This document shows positions 17,828 through 28,220 of a stretch of 64,000 nt of DNA, in pieces; position 1 is the stretch's first letter, and the number at the start of each line of letters is the position of its first letter. The translations under genes and the position numbers were made by a program. Source of the DNA: an uncultured Bacteroidota bacterium (lineage in GTDB: Bacteria; Bacteroidota; Bacteroidia; Chitinophagales; Chitinophagaceae). The DNA lies in the NCBI GenBank assembly GCA_903858475.1, contig CAIOIZ010000049.1:1238-65237 (forward strand), in the 5' to 3' direction. Below the pieces are notes generated by a model that had not been told where the DNA came from, made no database searches, and saw only the letters and a list, made by a program, of their open reading frames with translations.

Positions 17828-20710
17828 ATGATAAAAACAACACTGGCCGCACTGATTTTGTGTTTTGCCGCATTGCCCGCCAGTAGTCAGGATATCGTTC
17901 TAAAAGGAAAATTGAATGATAAATCCGATAACAAACCCTTGGCTGGAGCAACTATTCGATTGGTTTTGCAAAAAGACACACTACAGGTGAAATCCGTTGT
18001 AACAGATAATAAAGGGGCTTTTAAGTTCAATAACCTTTCACCACAAACGTATATATTAAAGACAAGTTCCATTGGCTACGAAAATATAGCGCAGGCTATT
18101 AATCTGCAAGCCAGTAATAAAGAGCCATTGGTATTTACGATGGCCAAAAAATCAACCACCCTAACCGAAGTGGTGGTGACGAGTAAAACGGCCGCTGTTA
18201 AACAAAAGGGAGACACCACTGAGTTCAGTGCCAGCCAGTTTAAAGTCAATCCAGATGCAACTGCAGAAGATATGATTAAAAAACTGCCTGGCATTACTAT
18301 CGACAAGGCGGGTAATGTAACAACCATGGGAGAACAAGTAAAAAAAGTAACCGTAGATGGCCGCGATTTTTTTGGTGATGATGCCACGGCTGCCCTGCGT
18401 AACCTTCCAGCAGAAGTGATTGATAAAATTCAGGTATTTGATAAGCTAAGCGATCAAGCTGCATTTACTGGCTTTGATGACGGGAATAGTAGTAAGGCAA
18501 TTAATATTGTTACAAAATCGGGTATGCGTAACGGTCAGTTTGGCCGTGTATATGCTGGAGCTGGTACCGATGGCCGTTATACGGCAGGTGGCAATGTGAG
18601 TTTGTTTAAAAAGAATAGGCGCCTATCTTTTGTAGGGTTAAGCAATAATGTCAATCAGCAAAATTTTGCGTCTCAAGATTTATTGGGTGTAACCAGTAGT
18701 GGCGGCAATCGTGGCGGACAGACACGGAGCATGGGTGCAGGTGGATTTGGTGGTGGTAACCGAGGCGGCGGAGGGAATACAGGTAATTTTATGGTAGGGC
18801 AACAAGATGGTATTAGCAGCACCAATTCTATCGGTATCAACTACTCCAATACATGGGGTAAAAAAACAGATGTATCCGGCAGCTACTTTTTCAACAATAG
18901 CGGAACCAATAATAATCAATTGTCGAATGCTGAATATTTTCAAATCAGTGGGAAAAATCAATTTTATAATGAAAATACCATTAGCAGTTCCAACAATTAC
19001 AATCACCGGGTAAACCTAAGAATAGAACATCGTTTCGATGATAAGAATTCATTAAGTTTTACGCCTTCTATTAGTTTTCAAAACAATAAATCATTTACTG
19101 AAATCGCTGGGTTAAATTCTTATACCCCTGCCGAACTGATAAGTAAATCACAAAACAGGACTAATAACAATACCAGTGGCTATAATTTCAGCAATAATAT
19201 TTTATTCAGGCATGCATTCACCAAAAAGGGTAGAACAATTTCTGTCAACTTAAATACTTCTTTGAATGATAAAAAAGGAGAAACCTATATTCTTACCAGC
19301 AATAAATATTACAGATCATTTGCCAATTTGAATGATAGTTTGCAGCAATTTACCGATGTAGCCAATAATGGCTATCAATTGTCTGCTAATATTGCTTATA
19401 CCGAAGCCATTGGCAAGAAAGGTCAATTGCAATTAAATTATACACCTTCTTATTCAAAATCAAAGGCCGATCAAGAAGCATATAAATATGATTATTTAGG
19501 GGGCAAGTATTCCATATTTGACAATAACCTGAGTAATAAATTCGACAACAGTATTACCAAGCACAATCTAGGTGCTAGTTACCGTTTGGGGGATAGAGAT
19601 AATATGTTTTCCATTGGAATTGCTTACCAATACACCGTGTTGGCTAGCGATCAGGTTTTTCCTTACAGCACTACGATTCGTAAGCCATTCAATAATGTGT
19701 TGCCTAATCTAATGTGGAATAAAAAACTAAATGCTAAAAATAGCATTCGGTTGATGTATCGCAGTAGTACCAATACGCCATCGGTGACCCAATTGCAAGA
19801 TGTAATCAATAACAGCAACCCTTTGTTTATTTCAACAGGTAATCCTGATTTGAAACAGCAGTTTGGGAATGTATTAAGTGCTCGTTATACTTTTACTAAT
19901 ACAGGGAAAGCAAAAAGCTTTTTCGCGAATTTATTTCTGCAACAAAACAGTCATTATATCGGTAATTCCACTTATACAGCAGGAGCTGATAGTGTGCTGA
20001 ATAGTTCTGTTACCTTATACAAGGGCTCGCAATTGTCGAAGCCTATCAATATGGATGGATACTGGAGTGTACGTTCTTTTTTCACCTATGCTTTGCCAGT
20101 GAAAATGATCAAGAGTAGCTTGAGTTTAAATGCAGGTGCTACTTATGCAAAAACCCCCGGTCGCAATAATAATATCAGCAATTTCTCAAGCTCATATGGT
20201 TATAATGTAGGAACCGTAGTGGCTAGTAATATTAGTGAATACATTGATTTTAATCTTTCCTATTCAGCCAATTTCAATGTTGTAAAAAACTCCTTACAAC
20301 CTTCTTTGAATAATAATTATGTAAATCAAAGTGCAGGGGCTACAGTGAATTTGTTGACGAAAAAAGGTTGGTTTGTACAAAATGATGTAAGCAATCAACG
20401 CTATAGCGGATTAACCGATGGCTTCAATCAAAGTTATTGGTTGTGGAATGCAGCAGTGGGTAAGAAGTTCTTAAAGAACAAGGCGGGGGAATTAAAACTT
20501 TCTGTATTTGATTTATTGAAACAAAATCAAAGTATCACCCGCACAGTAACCGAATCTTATATCGAGGATGTACAGAATACGGTATTGAGACAATATTTCA
20601 TGCTTACGTTTACTTATAAATTGAAAAATTTTGGTCTTCCAGCACAGATGAATATGAATAGAAATAGTGGAGAAGGAAGACCAGGTGGTGGTTTTCGTCC
20701 AGGCTTTTAG
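17828..20710 (+). CDS. Large outer-membrane beta-barrel, TonB-dependent-receptor-like, with N-terminal carboxypeptidase-regulatory-like domain
   Basis: Signal peptide, GATIRL/TSSIGYE domain, plug-like EDMIKKLPG...VDGRDFF...IDKIQV, GNPDLK, Gly/Arg-rich inserts. Confidence 0.85.
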   Translation: MIKTTLAALILCFAALPASSQDIVLKGKLNDKSDNKPLAGATIRLVLQKDTLQVKSVVTDNKGAFKFNNLSPQTYILKTSSIGYENIAQAINLQASNKEPLVFTMAKKSTTLTEVVVTSKTAAVKQKGDTTEFSASQFKVNPDATAEDMIKKLPGITIDKAGNVTTMGEQVKKVTVDGRDFFGDDATAALRNLPAEVIDKIQVFDKLSDQAAFTGFDDGNSSKAINIVTKSGMRNGQFGRVYAGAGTDGRYTAGGNVSLFKKNRRLSFVGLSNNVNQQNFASQDLLGVTSSGGNRGGQTRSMGAGGFGGGNRGGGGNTGNFMVGQQDGISSTNSIGINYSNTWGKKTDVSGSYFFNNSGTNNNQLSNAEYFQISGKNQFYNENTISSSNNYNHRVNLRIEHRFDDKNSLSFTPSISFQNNKSFTEIAGLNSYTPAELISKSQNRTNNNTSGYNFSNNILFRHAFTKKGRTISVNLNTSLNDKKGETYILTSNKYYRSFANLNDSLQQFTDVANNGYQLSANIAYTEAIGKKGQLQLNYTPSYSKSKADQEAYKYDYLGGKYSIFDNNLSNKFDNSITKHNLGASYRLGDRDNMFSIGIAYQYTVLASDQVFPYSTTIRKPFNNVLPNLMWNKKLNAKNSIRLMYRSSTNTPSVTQLQDVINNSNPLFISTGNPDLKQQFGNVLSARYTFTNTGKAKSFFANLFLQQNSHYIGNSTYTAGADSVLNSSVTLYKGSQLSKPINMDGYWSVRSFFTYALPVKMIKSSLSLNAGATYAKTPGRNNNISNFSSSYGYNVGTVVASNISEYIDFNLSYSANFNVVKNSLQPSLNNNYVNQSAGATVNLLTKKGWFVQNDVSNQRYSGLTDGFNQSYWLWNAAVGKKFLKNKAGELKLSVFDLLKQNQSITRTVTESYIEDVQNTVLRQYFMLTFTYKLKNFGLPAQMNMNRNSGEGRPGGGFRPGF

Positions 20711-20739
20711 TAATTTTAGTGCTAGGAGATAACAGACAT

Positions 20740-21318
20740 ATGTTGAATCAACCAGAATTCATTGTACAATTGAAGCAAGGAGAAGAGGTAGCTTTCACAA
20801 AGCTGGTGAATGACTATGAAGGGATGGTATACAATACGGTGTTGGGAATTCTGCAAGTGCCAGCTGATGCAGATGATATAACACAGGAGGTTTTTATTCA
20901 GGTATATAGGTCTATTAGTTCTTTTAAAGGGGAGTCTCAGTTTTCTACTTGGTTGTATCGGATTGCAATCAATAAGGCATTGGATTATGAAAAAACCACC
21001 AAACGCAAAAAGCGGTTTGCATTTATTCAATCCTTATTTGGCAAATCGGATAGCTCAATGACAACAGTTCCGGATTTTAATCATCCGGGTGTGATATTAG
21101 AGAAAAAGCAATCCTCGGCGGCATTATTTGCGGCGCTGAAAAAGATTCCGGAAAAACAGCGAATAGCATTTACGCTGCATAAATTAGAAGGACAAAGTTA
21201 TCGAGCGGTTGCCGACATTATGGAAACAACAGTAATCGCGGTAGAATCATTGATGGCTAGGGCAAAGGAAAGTTTACGAAAAGAATTAAAAAATTTTTAT
21301 CAACATGAAAAATATTGA
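20740..21318 (+). CDS. ECF RNA polymerase sigma-70 factor
   Basis: DDITQEVF, FSTWLYRIAIN, region 4 YRAVADIMETTVIAVESLMARA. Confidence 0.93.
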   Translation: MLNQPEFIVQLKQGEEVAFTKLVNDYEGMVYNTVLGILQVPADADDITQEVFIQVYRSISSFKGESQFSTWLYRIAINKALDYEKTTKRKKRFAFIQSLFGKSDSSMTTVPDFNHPGVILEKKQSSAALFAALKKIPEKQRIAFTLHKLEGQSYRAVADIMETTVIAVESLMARAKESLRKELKNFYQHEKY

Positions 21319-21655
21319 TATGAATCAAACACCCTTAAAAAATAAAATTGAAGAGGCGCTCCAAAGTTTGGATGCTGTTCAGCGAGCTACGCCTCGTCCT
21401 TTTCTAATGACTCGTATCCATGCCCGCATGAATAAGGAATCCCTTTCTGTATGGGAAAGAGTTGGTGAATTATTTATTCAACCGCGTTGGATCTTGACTG
21501 GATTATGTTTGGTACTAGCGATGAATGCAGCTGTTGTGTTATTTAATAACAGATCAAATGATGCAGTTGTATCCACTATTGAACAAACCAATTCAGAAGA
21601 AGATTATAGCACAGCAGTAGCTACATTATATGACCTTGAAAACAATGAACCATGA
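21305..21655 (+). CDS. Putative single-TM anti-sigma factor
   Basis: Overlaps the ECF stop; short N-terminal domain (PRPFLMTRIHAR) and one TM helix. Alternative start at 21320. Confidence 0.65.
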   Translation: MKNIDMNQTPLKNKIEEALQSLDAVQRATPRPFLMTRIHARMNKESLSVWERVGELFIQPRWILTGLCLVLAMNAAVVLFNNRSNDAVVSTIEQTNSEEDYSTAVATLYDLENNEP

Positions 21656-22131
21656 TAAATAAATTTTCTAAGAATAAAATAATGGGCGCAGCTATTATCA
21701 TTCTGCTCCTTGTTAATATCGGTCTTTTGGTCTTCTTTTTCTGTTGCAAAGGAGATAACAGGGGGCATAAGCCTGGTGCGGGCAGAGAAGCAATGGCAAA
21801 GGAATTTTTGAAGAAAGATATTGGCTTCAGTGAGGCTCAATTGCAGCAATATGATACATTGAGCAAACAACATCGCGAAAGCGTGAAGTCTTTTTTTGAA
21901 GAGATGCGCAATAGCAAAGAAAAATCCTTGAAGGAATTAGGCACGAATGGATTTTCCGATTCCATTATTGATTTGACTGCAACTCAAGCTTCGGCCAAGC
22001 AAAAGGAAATGGATATTAAAATGTTTCAGCACTTTAAAGCCATTCGGGCGCTCTGTACGAATGATCAATTGCCTCGTTTTGATTCCCTTTTTTATAAAAT
22101 GGTCACCAAAAGAAAACCAACAAACAAATAG
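21652..22131 (+). CDS. Spy/CpxP/ZraP-like periplasmic helical protein
   Basis: N-terminal TM, FSEAQLQQY and CTNDQ..RF (LTxxQ-like repeats); ATGA overlap with the upstream gene. Confidence 0.7.
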   Translation: MINKFSKNKIMGAAIIILLLVNIGLLVFFFCCKGDNRGHKPGAGREAMAKEFLKKDIGFSEAQLQQYDTLSKQHRESVKSFFEEMRNSKEKSLKELGTNGFSDSIIDLTATQASAKQKEMDIKMFQHFKAIRALCTNDQLPRFDSLFYKMVTKRKPTNK

Positions 22132-22175
22132 CCATATACTTTAAACAAATTTTTTTAAATCAAACAATTCAAGAA

Positions 22176-22574
22176 ATGAAAAAACAAATTTTCCTCAGCT
22201 TAGTACTGGCTATATTTAGCATCAGTATAACCAATGCACAAGGTGGCTTTCAACGTCGTACTGTCGAAGAAAGAGTAGCTAAAGTGCATGCAGTATTAGA
22301 CAGTGCATTTGAAAAACCTGCAGCTAGTTTTTTAACAGCAGTGGACACGGTGTTTACCAATTATTATAAAGCGCAAGATGCTAAAAGAGAAGAGTTGATG
22401 GCAGGCGGTGGTCAGGTTGATAGAGACGCTATGCGTGCAGCATTTCAAGAACTTACAGACAAAAGAGACGAAAAATTAAAAGCCTTGTTTTCTGAAAGCC
22501 AAATGAAAAAATGGAAGGATGAAATTGAACCTAGCCTTCGACCACAAAGAGGCACCCGTCCTCCAGGTCAATAA
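22176..22574 (+). CDS. Exported helical protein, DUF4890/LTxxQ-like
   Basis: Signal peptide, charged helices, FSESQMKKW, Arg/Gly/Pro-rich tail. Confidence 0.65.
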   Translation: MKKQIFLSLVLAIFSISITNAQGGFQRRTVEERVAKVHAVLDSAFEKPAASFLTAVDTVFTNYYKAQDAKREELMAGGGQVDRDAMRAAFQELTDKRDEKLKALFSESQMKKWKDEIEPSLRPQRGTRPPGQ

Positions 22575-22596
22575 ATTAATAAATTAGTTTTAAGAT

Positions 22597-22632
22597 ACCC
22601 CGTAGCATTTTTTGCTATGGGGTTCTTTTTTA
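22597..22632 (+). terminator. Intrinsic terminator closing the 17828-22574 cluster
   Basis: ACCCCGTAGC/GCTATGGGGT stem followed by TCTTTTTT. Confidence 0.8.
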
Positions 22633-22784
22633 TATACACCTATTTCCGTACACGGGTAGCTGCTATCAACTAGCCTCACCGCTTATCATAAAATTGCTGG
22701 GCTTGTAATTTTATTTCTTATTTTGAAGTCCTGTTAATTACCAAGCACCCATACTTATTATTTTACATTCATAAACCAGTCTAC

Positions 22785-23132
22785 ATGAAAAAAGTACTTT
22801 TTGTTTTTGTTTGTTTCGCTTTTGTAGCGATTTTATCGCAGTGTAGCAGCAGTAGAAATACAGCCAAAGCTGCCCCTGCCTTATCCTTTGAGAAAGATAT
22901 CCTACCCATGTTTCGAACCAGTTGTGCCCCATGTCATTTTCCTCCCGATGGAAGAAAAGAGCCATTAAATAATTACGATGCGGTGAAAAAAAATATTACA
23001 GAAGTGTTGATTCGGGTGAAACTGCCTGCATCCGATAATAAGTACATGCCATTTAAATCCAAGAAGCCAGCTTTCTCAGATAGTCTGGTGCGTGTGTTAG
23101 AACAATGGCAAGCACAAAACATGCCTCAATAA
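22785..23132 (+). CDS. Monoheme c-type cytochrome lipoprotein
   Basis: Lipobox-like ILSQC, CAPCH heme motif, distal Met in YMP. Confidence 0.75.
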   Translation: MKKVLFVFVCFAFVAILSQCSSSRNTAKAAPALSFEKDILPMFRTSCAPCHFPPDGRKEPLNNYDAVKKNITEVLIRVKLPASDNKYMPFKSKKPAFSDSLVRVLEQWQAQNMPQ

Positions 23133-23149
23133 TTTTATAAAATATCATT

Positions 23150-23620
23150 ATGCAATCAAAGGCAGTTACGGTAGAGGAGTACATAGCGTCCTTGTCTGAT
23201 GACAGAAAGCAGGCTGTTGATTTACTCAGAAAAGCGATTAAGAAAAACTTACCCAAAGGATTTAAAGAACAAATGTCATATGGCATGATTGGTTATGTTG
23301 TGCCTCATTCGCTTTATCCTGCAGGATATCATTGTACACCAGCACTACCCTTACCTTTTTTAAATATTGCCTCGCAAAAAAATTTCATAGCAGTATATCA
23401 TATGGGTATTTATGGCAGTCCGAAATTATCGGAATGGTTTACTGCTGCGTATACAAAATTAAATTTAGGCAAACTGGATATGGGGAAGTCTTGTATTCGT
23501 TTTAAAAAACCCGAACAAATTCCATATGCATTAATCGGAGAATTGTGTACAAAGATGACGGTGGCAGAATGGATTGCGCTGTATGAAAAAAATTATGTGC
23601 GTCCTAAAAAGGAAAAATAA
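23150..23620 (+). CDS. DUF1801 (YdhG-like) protein
   Basis: EQMSYGMIGY, ASQKNFIAVYHMG, DMGKSCIRFKK. Confidence 0.85.
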   Translation: MQSKAVTVEEYIASLSDDRKQAVDLLRKAIKKNLPKGFKEQMSYGMIGYVVPHSLYPAGYHCTPALPLPFLNIASQKNFIAVYHMGIYGSPKLSEWFTAAYTKLNLGKLDMGKSCIRFKKPEQIPYALIGELCTKMTVAEWIALYEKNYVRPKKEK

Positions 23621-23634
23621 TTAGCGAAGCATAT

Positions 23635-24555
23635 TTACGCCTCTTTCAATAACGCATAGAGTCTTTCTGCATCTTCTATTTTAAATAACTGTGTGCCATC
23701 ATTCATGGTGGCAGCCGATCCGCAGGCCACCCCAAAGCGAAGTGCATTGTGTAAATCGAAGTTTTTTTGCAGCGAATAAGTGATACCTGCCACCATACTA
23801 TCACCTGCACCCACGGTACTTTTTTTATCAACAGGCGGAGCGGCTACAAAATATTTTTCACCGCTACTTACTAGCCACGCCCCATCTCCACCCATGGAAA
23901 CAACAATGATTTCCGCAAATCCGTCCATGATGGCTTGCTGTGCTGCAGCAGGTACTTCCGATTGGTCGAGCCAATCTACATTCAACATTTTGCAGAGTTC
24001 TCCGATATTAGGTTTAATCATATAAGCATGTTTACCCTTTAGCGCCTGCAGTGCTGGCCCACTGGTGTCTACAATGCATTTTGCACCTACAGCAGCAGCG
24101 TTTTTTACAATTAGTCCGTAAAAATAATCGGGTAGGCCTGGGGGTAAGCTTCCACTGGCTACTACATAGGTTGGCGAGAAAGCCCTTATTTGATCTACCA
24201 ATTGTTTGATGGTGTCTTCCAACACTTCTCTACCTGGGAAAGTAAAACGATATTGATTATTAAGGCCAGTTTCCAGTACAATCCAATTTTCTCTTGTTTC
24301 TACATTGGTATCTACGGCATGAAATAAAATTCCTTCAGATTTCAACAAACTACAAAGCATATTGCCATTGTGGCCACCTGCAGGAAAAAGCGCAACAGAA
24401 GAGGCATCTAATTTTTTAAGCGCCTTACTTACATTGATGCCGCCGCCACCAGGTTCATTTATTACTTCAGTACAACGAAGTTTACTTTCGGGTTTTAATT
24501 TTTCTACTCGAGAGCTTTTATCAATACATGGATTGAGGGTAACGGTAAGTATCAT
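23635..24555 (-). CDS. 1-phosphofructokinase-family hexose kinase (PfkB family)
   Basis: TVTLNPCID, GGGGINVS, KPNIGEL, STVGAGDSMVAG. Confidence 0.92.
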   Translation of the reverse strand: MILTVTLNPCIDKSSRVEKLKPESKLRCTEVINEPGGGGINVSKALKKLDASSVALFPAGGHNGNMLCSLLKSEGILFHAVDTNVETRENWIVLETGLNNQYRFTFPGREVLEDTIKQLVDQIRAFSPTYVVASGSLPPGLPDYFYGLIVKNAAAVGAKCIVDTSGPALQALKGKHAYMIKPNIGELCKMLNVDWLDQSEVPAAAQQAIMDGFAEIIVVSMGGDGAWLVSSGEKYFVAAPPVDKKSTVGAGDSMVAGITYSLQKNFDLHNALRFGVACGSAATMNDGTQLFKIEDAERLYALLKEA

Positions 24556-24564
24556 ATGAAAAAA

Positions 24565-25227
24565 TTAAGTATATAGGGGTGTTGCTATTTCAGCTAATAT
24601 CGATTGAATTCTATTGTTCAGTGTTTCATAATCTGTATACCCTTTCGACAATAAATAAAATTTTGTTTCATCGGTTTGCAAAACAACCTGCGGAAATCCT
24701 TCTACTTGTAATTGTTTGCAAAGGGCAAATTCATAATGGGCTTTTTCTTTGTATTCCTCCGATTTCAATTTGCTATAAAATTCATCTGCGGGGATATGGT
24801 ATTTATCTAGCAGGTGGCGATACGCTTCATCATCATCTAGGTCGCGCCCTTCAAAATTCAAGGCGTACTGTAGGTCTGCTGCGAATGCTAATTGGCTATT
24901 GATATCAAAGTCTTTTAAGATACACAATGCAATGGCTGGCTTTTCACTATTGAGTATCCAGTCACTTTTATCTGGGTTGGCAGTATGCCATAAAAAATCT
25001 TCTCCAAACTTTACTCCAGTTAATTCCTCCACACGTTGATAGGCATTTTGTATATAGGGGCCTATTTTTTCAATCGGCATCACCTGATCGCCAATCATCA
25101 TGCCACCACTCAATACTTCTATTTCTACAATGTCTTTGTATTGAGCGGCAATTTTTTTTATTACCGGACTAAATCCATAACACCATCCACAATAAGCATC
25201 GTAACAATATATCAGTACAGGTTTCAT
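24565..25227 (-). CDS. DsbA-family thioredoxin-fold protein (no signal peptide)
   Basis: YDAYCGWCYGF (CxxC) and cis-Pro motif VEGFP. Confidence 0.85.
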   Translation of the reverse strand: MKPVLIYCYDAYCGWCYGFSPVIKKIAAQYKDIVEIEVLSGGMMIGDQVMPIEKIGPYIQNAYQRVEELTGVKFGEDFLWHTANPDKSDWILNSEKPAIALCILKDFDINSQLAFAADLQYALNFEGRDLDDDEAYRHLLDKYHIPADEFYSKLKSEEYKEKAHYEFALCKQLQVEGFPQVVLQTDETKFYLLSKGYTDYETLNNRIQSILAEIATPLYT

Positions 25228-25239
25228 TTTTTAATATTA

Positions 25240-28098
25240 TTAATGAGCAGCTAGCCAATTTGTTCCCATTCCCAATGCCGCATCAGTTGGTACATCATTG
25301 GGTAATGCCAGTGCAGTTTGCATACAATTTAAAATAATGGGTTGAATGGTTTCTATTTCGTCCTTGTGTGCATCAAAAACCAATTCATCATGTACCTGTA
25401 ATAGCATTTTACTTTTGAAACCTTGTTTTTTAAACTCAGCCTGAATTTTTATCATGGCCATTTTAATCATATCGGCAGCAGTACCTTGAATAGGTGAATT
25501 AATAGCGTTGCGTTCCGCAAAACCACGTACTGTAAAATTGGCGGAGTTGATATCTTTCAACCATCGTTTGCGTCCCATCAATGTTTCTACATACCCATGC
25601 TCTCTGGCAAAATTGATGGTATCGTCCATGTATTTTTGAATATTTGGAAACTGTAGTTTGTAATTGTCAATTATTTCTTTGGCTTCTGCTCTAGGGATAC
25701 TTAAGTTTTCTGCAAGGCCAAATGCGCCTTGTCCATAAATAATTCCAAAATTTACACTCTTGGCTTTATAGCGCATTTCTTTGGTAACTGCCGATTCTTC
25801 TACATTGAAAACTTTGGCGGCGGTGGCGGTGTGAATGTCTTTGCCAGATTTAAAGGCTTCACACATATTTACATCAGCACTGATGGCTGCTACAATTCTT
25901 AATTCTATTTGCGAGTAGTCAGCAGAAATCAATAGATGGTCATTGTCTCTGGGTATAAAGGCTTTTCTAATTTCCTTTCCTCGATCAGTGCGAACAGGAA
26001 TATTTTGCAGATTGGGGTTATTGCTACTCAATCTACCGGTAACAGCCACTGCCTGCGCATAGGACGTATGCACCCTGCCGGTTTTTTTATTAATCATCAA
26101 CGGCAATGCATCTACATAGGTAGATTTTAATTTGGTATATTCTCGAAACACCAGAATATCGTCTACGATTTTATTTTTACTTGCTAATTTCAGTAAAACA
26201 TCTTCACCCGTTGCATATTGGCCTGTTTTGGTTTTTTTTGCCTTGGGGTCCAATTGTAGTTTATCAAATAATACTTCTCCCAATTGTTTTGGACTGGCTA
26301 GGTTAAACCGAACTCCCGCTTGCGCATAAACGCTTTCTTCCGCTAGTTTCGCTTCTCTTTCTAATTCTTTGCTATAATCATTTAAAAATCCTTCATCAAT
26401 GCGGATGCCCTCAAACTCCATATCGGTGAGCACCTTTACCAAAGGATTCTCTACTTCGTAAAATATTTTTTCAACTTCTTTTTCTTTGAGCTTGGGCAAA
26501 AAGATATTTTTTAATTGAAGGGTAATGTCTGCATCCTCTGCTGCATATTCTTTTACTTTTTCTATTTCCACTTCTCGCATCGTGCCCTGGTTTTTGCCTT
26601 TCTTTCCTATCAATTCTTCAATGTGTACGGGTTCGTATCTTAAATATTTTTCACTGAGTGCATCCATGCTTCTTTTGCCATCTGGCTCTATGACATAATG
26701 TGCAAGCATGGTATCAAAAATATTTCCTTTTAGTTGAAATCCATACCACTTCAGCATGAGCATATCGTATTTGATATTCTGGCCTACCCAAGTTTTTGTC
26801 TCGTCTTCAAAAAGCGGTTGAAACTGTTTTAATAATTCAATACAGGCAGCCTGGTCCACTGGACAGGGCACATAGTAAGCTACGGTTGGGAGAATCGAAA
26901 AACTCAATCCAACTAAGCTGGCATCATTGGCGTCAATACCGGTGGTTTCCGTATCAAAACATATTTCATTCGCATCCCGCAATGTTTGAATTAAATCGGC
27001 GATTGCTTTTTCGGAGTCAACTAAAAAATATTGGTGTGCTGTATTGTGAATGTTTTTATCAGCAGGATAGCTGATTTCTTCGGTTGATTCTGCAGGAATT
27101 ACTTTTGCTACTACAGGTGCTGTTTCAATAATATTGCCAAACAAATCCATCTGTTGATTACTGGCAGCACTGGCAGTATGTTTATTGCCTGTGATGCCTG
27201 CAGGTACTGCATTCAATTCAGGTATTTCTTCGCCCAGGATTCTTTTGGCCAAGGTTTTAAATTCAAGTGTTGTAAAGATTTCTCTTAAAGCGTCTTTGTT
27301 TACTTCTTTGATTCTAAAATTTTCTTCATGAAATGCTGTTGGTACGTCTATGATAATCGTAGCCAATTTTTTACTTAACAAAGCCATTTCTTTTCCTGCT
27401 CTTACTTTTTCGCCAATGGAGCCTTTTATTTTATCCGCATTGTCTAAAATGTTTTCGAGGGTTTCGTATTCTGCAATTAATTTAGCGGCTGTTTTTTCAC
27501 CTACCCCTTTGATGCCCGGAATATTATCTACTGCATCTCCCATTAAACCCAATATATCGATTACCTGACTTACTTTTTGGATGCCCCATTTTTCACAAAT
27601 CTCCTTGGGTCCAAGAATTTCAAAATTGCCTCCTTGATAAGGAGGTTTATATATTTTTATGTTTTCCGATACTAATTGACCATAATCTTTATCGGGCGTT
27701 ACCATATATACTTCATATCCTTCTTTCTCCGCTTGTTTGGCCAATGCACCAATTACATCGTCTGCTTCATAACCATCAATGGCTACAACAGGTATATTAA
27801 ATCCCTCAATAATTTTTTTGATATCCGGAACGGCCGAAAGAATATCTTCTGGTGTTTCCTGGCGATTGGCTTTGTAGTCGGCAAAATCAGCATGTCTTTC
27901 TGTGGGAGCATGTGTATCAAAACATACTGCCATATGTGTAGGTTGTTGATTTTTTATCAGTTCAATTAAAGTATTGGTAAATCCAAATTGTGCATTGGTA
28001 TTACGTCCTTTGCTGGTGATACGAGGATTGCGAATGAGTGCATAATAGGCTCGAAAAACCAGTGCAAATGCATCTAGAAGAAATAATTTTTTTTGCAT
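25240..28098 (-). CDS. polA: DNA polymerase I
   Basis: 5' nuclease (LLDAFAL, EADDVIG, GDAVDNIPG), 3'-5' exonuclease (FDTETTG, YAAEDAD), polymerase motifs DYSQIELR, KSVNFGIIYG, QVHDEL. Confidence 0.99.
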   Translation of the reverse strand: MQKKLFLLDAFALVFRAYYALIRNPRITSKGRNTNAQFGFTNTLIELIKNQQPTHMAVCFDTHAPTERHADFADYKANRQETPEDILSAVPDIKKIIEGFNIPVVAIDGYEADDVIGALAKQAEKEGYEVYMVTPDKDYGQLVSENIKIYKPPYQGGNFEILGPKEICEKWGIQKVSQVIDILGLMGDAVDNIPGIKGVGEKTAAKLIAEYETLENILDNADKIKGSIGEKVRAGKEMALLSKKLATIIIDVPTAFHEENFRIKEVNKDALREIFTTLEFKTLAKRILGEEIPELNAVPAGITGNKHTASAASNQQMDLFGNIIETAPVVAKVIPAESTEEISYPADKNIHNTAHQYFLVDSEKAIADLIQTLRDANEICFDTETTGIDANDASLVGLSFSILPTVAYYVPCPVDQAACIELLKQFQPLFEDETKTWVGQNIKYDMLMLKWYGFQLKGNIFDTMLAHYVIEPDGKRSMDALSEKYLRYEPVHIEELIGKKGKNQGTMREVEIEKVKEYAAEDADITLQLKNIFLPKLKEKEVEKIFYEVENPLVKVLTDMEFEGIRIDEGFLNDYSKELEREAKLAEESVYAQAGVRFNLASPKQLGEVLFDKLQLDPKAKKTKTGQYATGEDVLLKLASKNKIVDDILVFREYTKLKSTYVDALPLMINKKTGRVHTSYAQAVAVTGRLSSNNPNLQNIPVRTDRGKEIRKAFIPRDNDHLLISADYSQIELRIVAAISADVNMCEAFKSGKDIHTATAAKVFNVEESAVTKEMRYKAKSVNFGIIYGQGAFGLAENLSIPRAEAKEIIDNYKLQFPNIQKYMDDTINFAREHGYVETLMGRKRWLKDINSANFTVRGFAERNAINSPIQGTAADMIKMAMIKIQAEFKKQGFKSKMLLQVHDELVFDAHKDEIETIQPIILNCMQTALALPNDVPTDAALGMGTNWLAAH

Positions 28099-28165
28099 GA
28101 CATAAAAGTAAAACAATCTACCTTCTTATACCAATTGGATTTGATTATTATAAAGGGCCAATGAT

Positions 28166-28194
28166 AAAAAAGGCTATTGAATTTCAACAGCCTT
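28166..28194 (-). terminator. Intrinsic terminator after the esterase gene
   Basis: On the minus strand, AAGGCTGTTGAA/TTCAATAGCCTT followed by a T-run. Confidence 0.7.
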
Positions 28195-28220
28195 GGGAAT
28201 AATGGTATTGTCACAATAAA

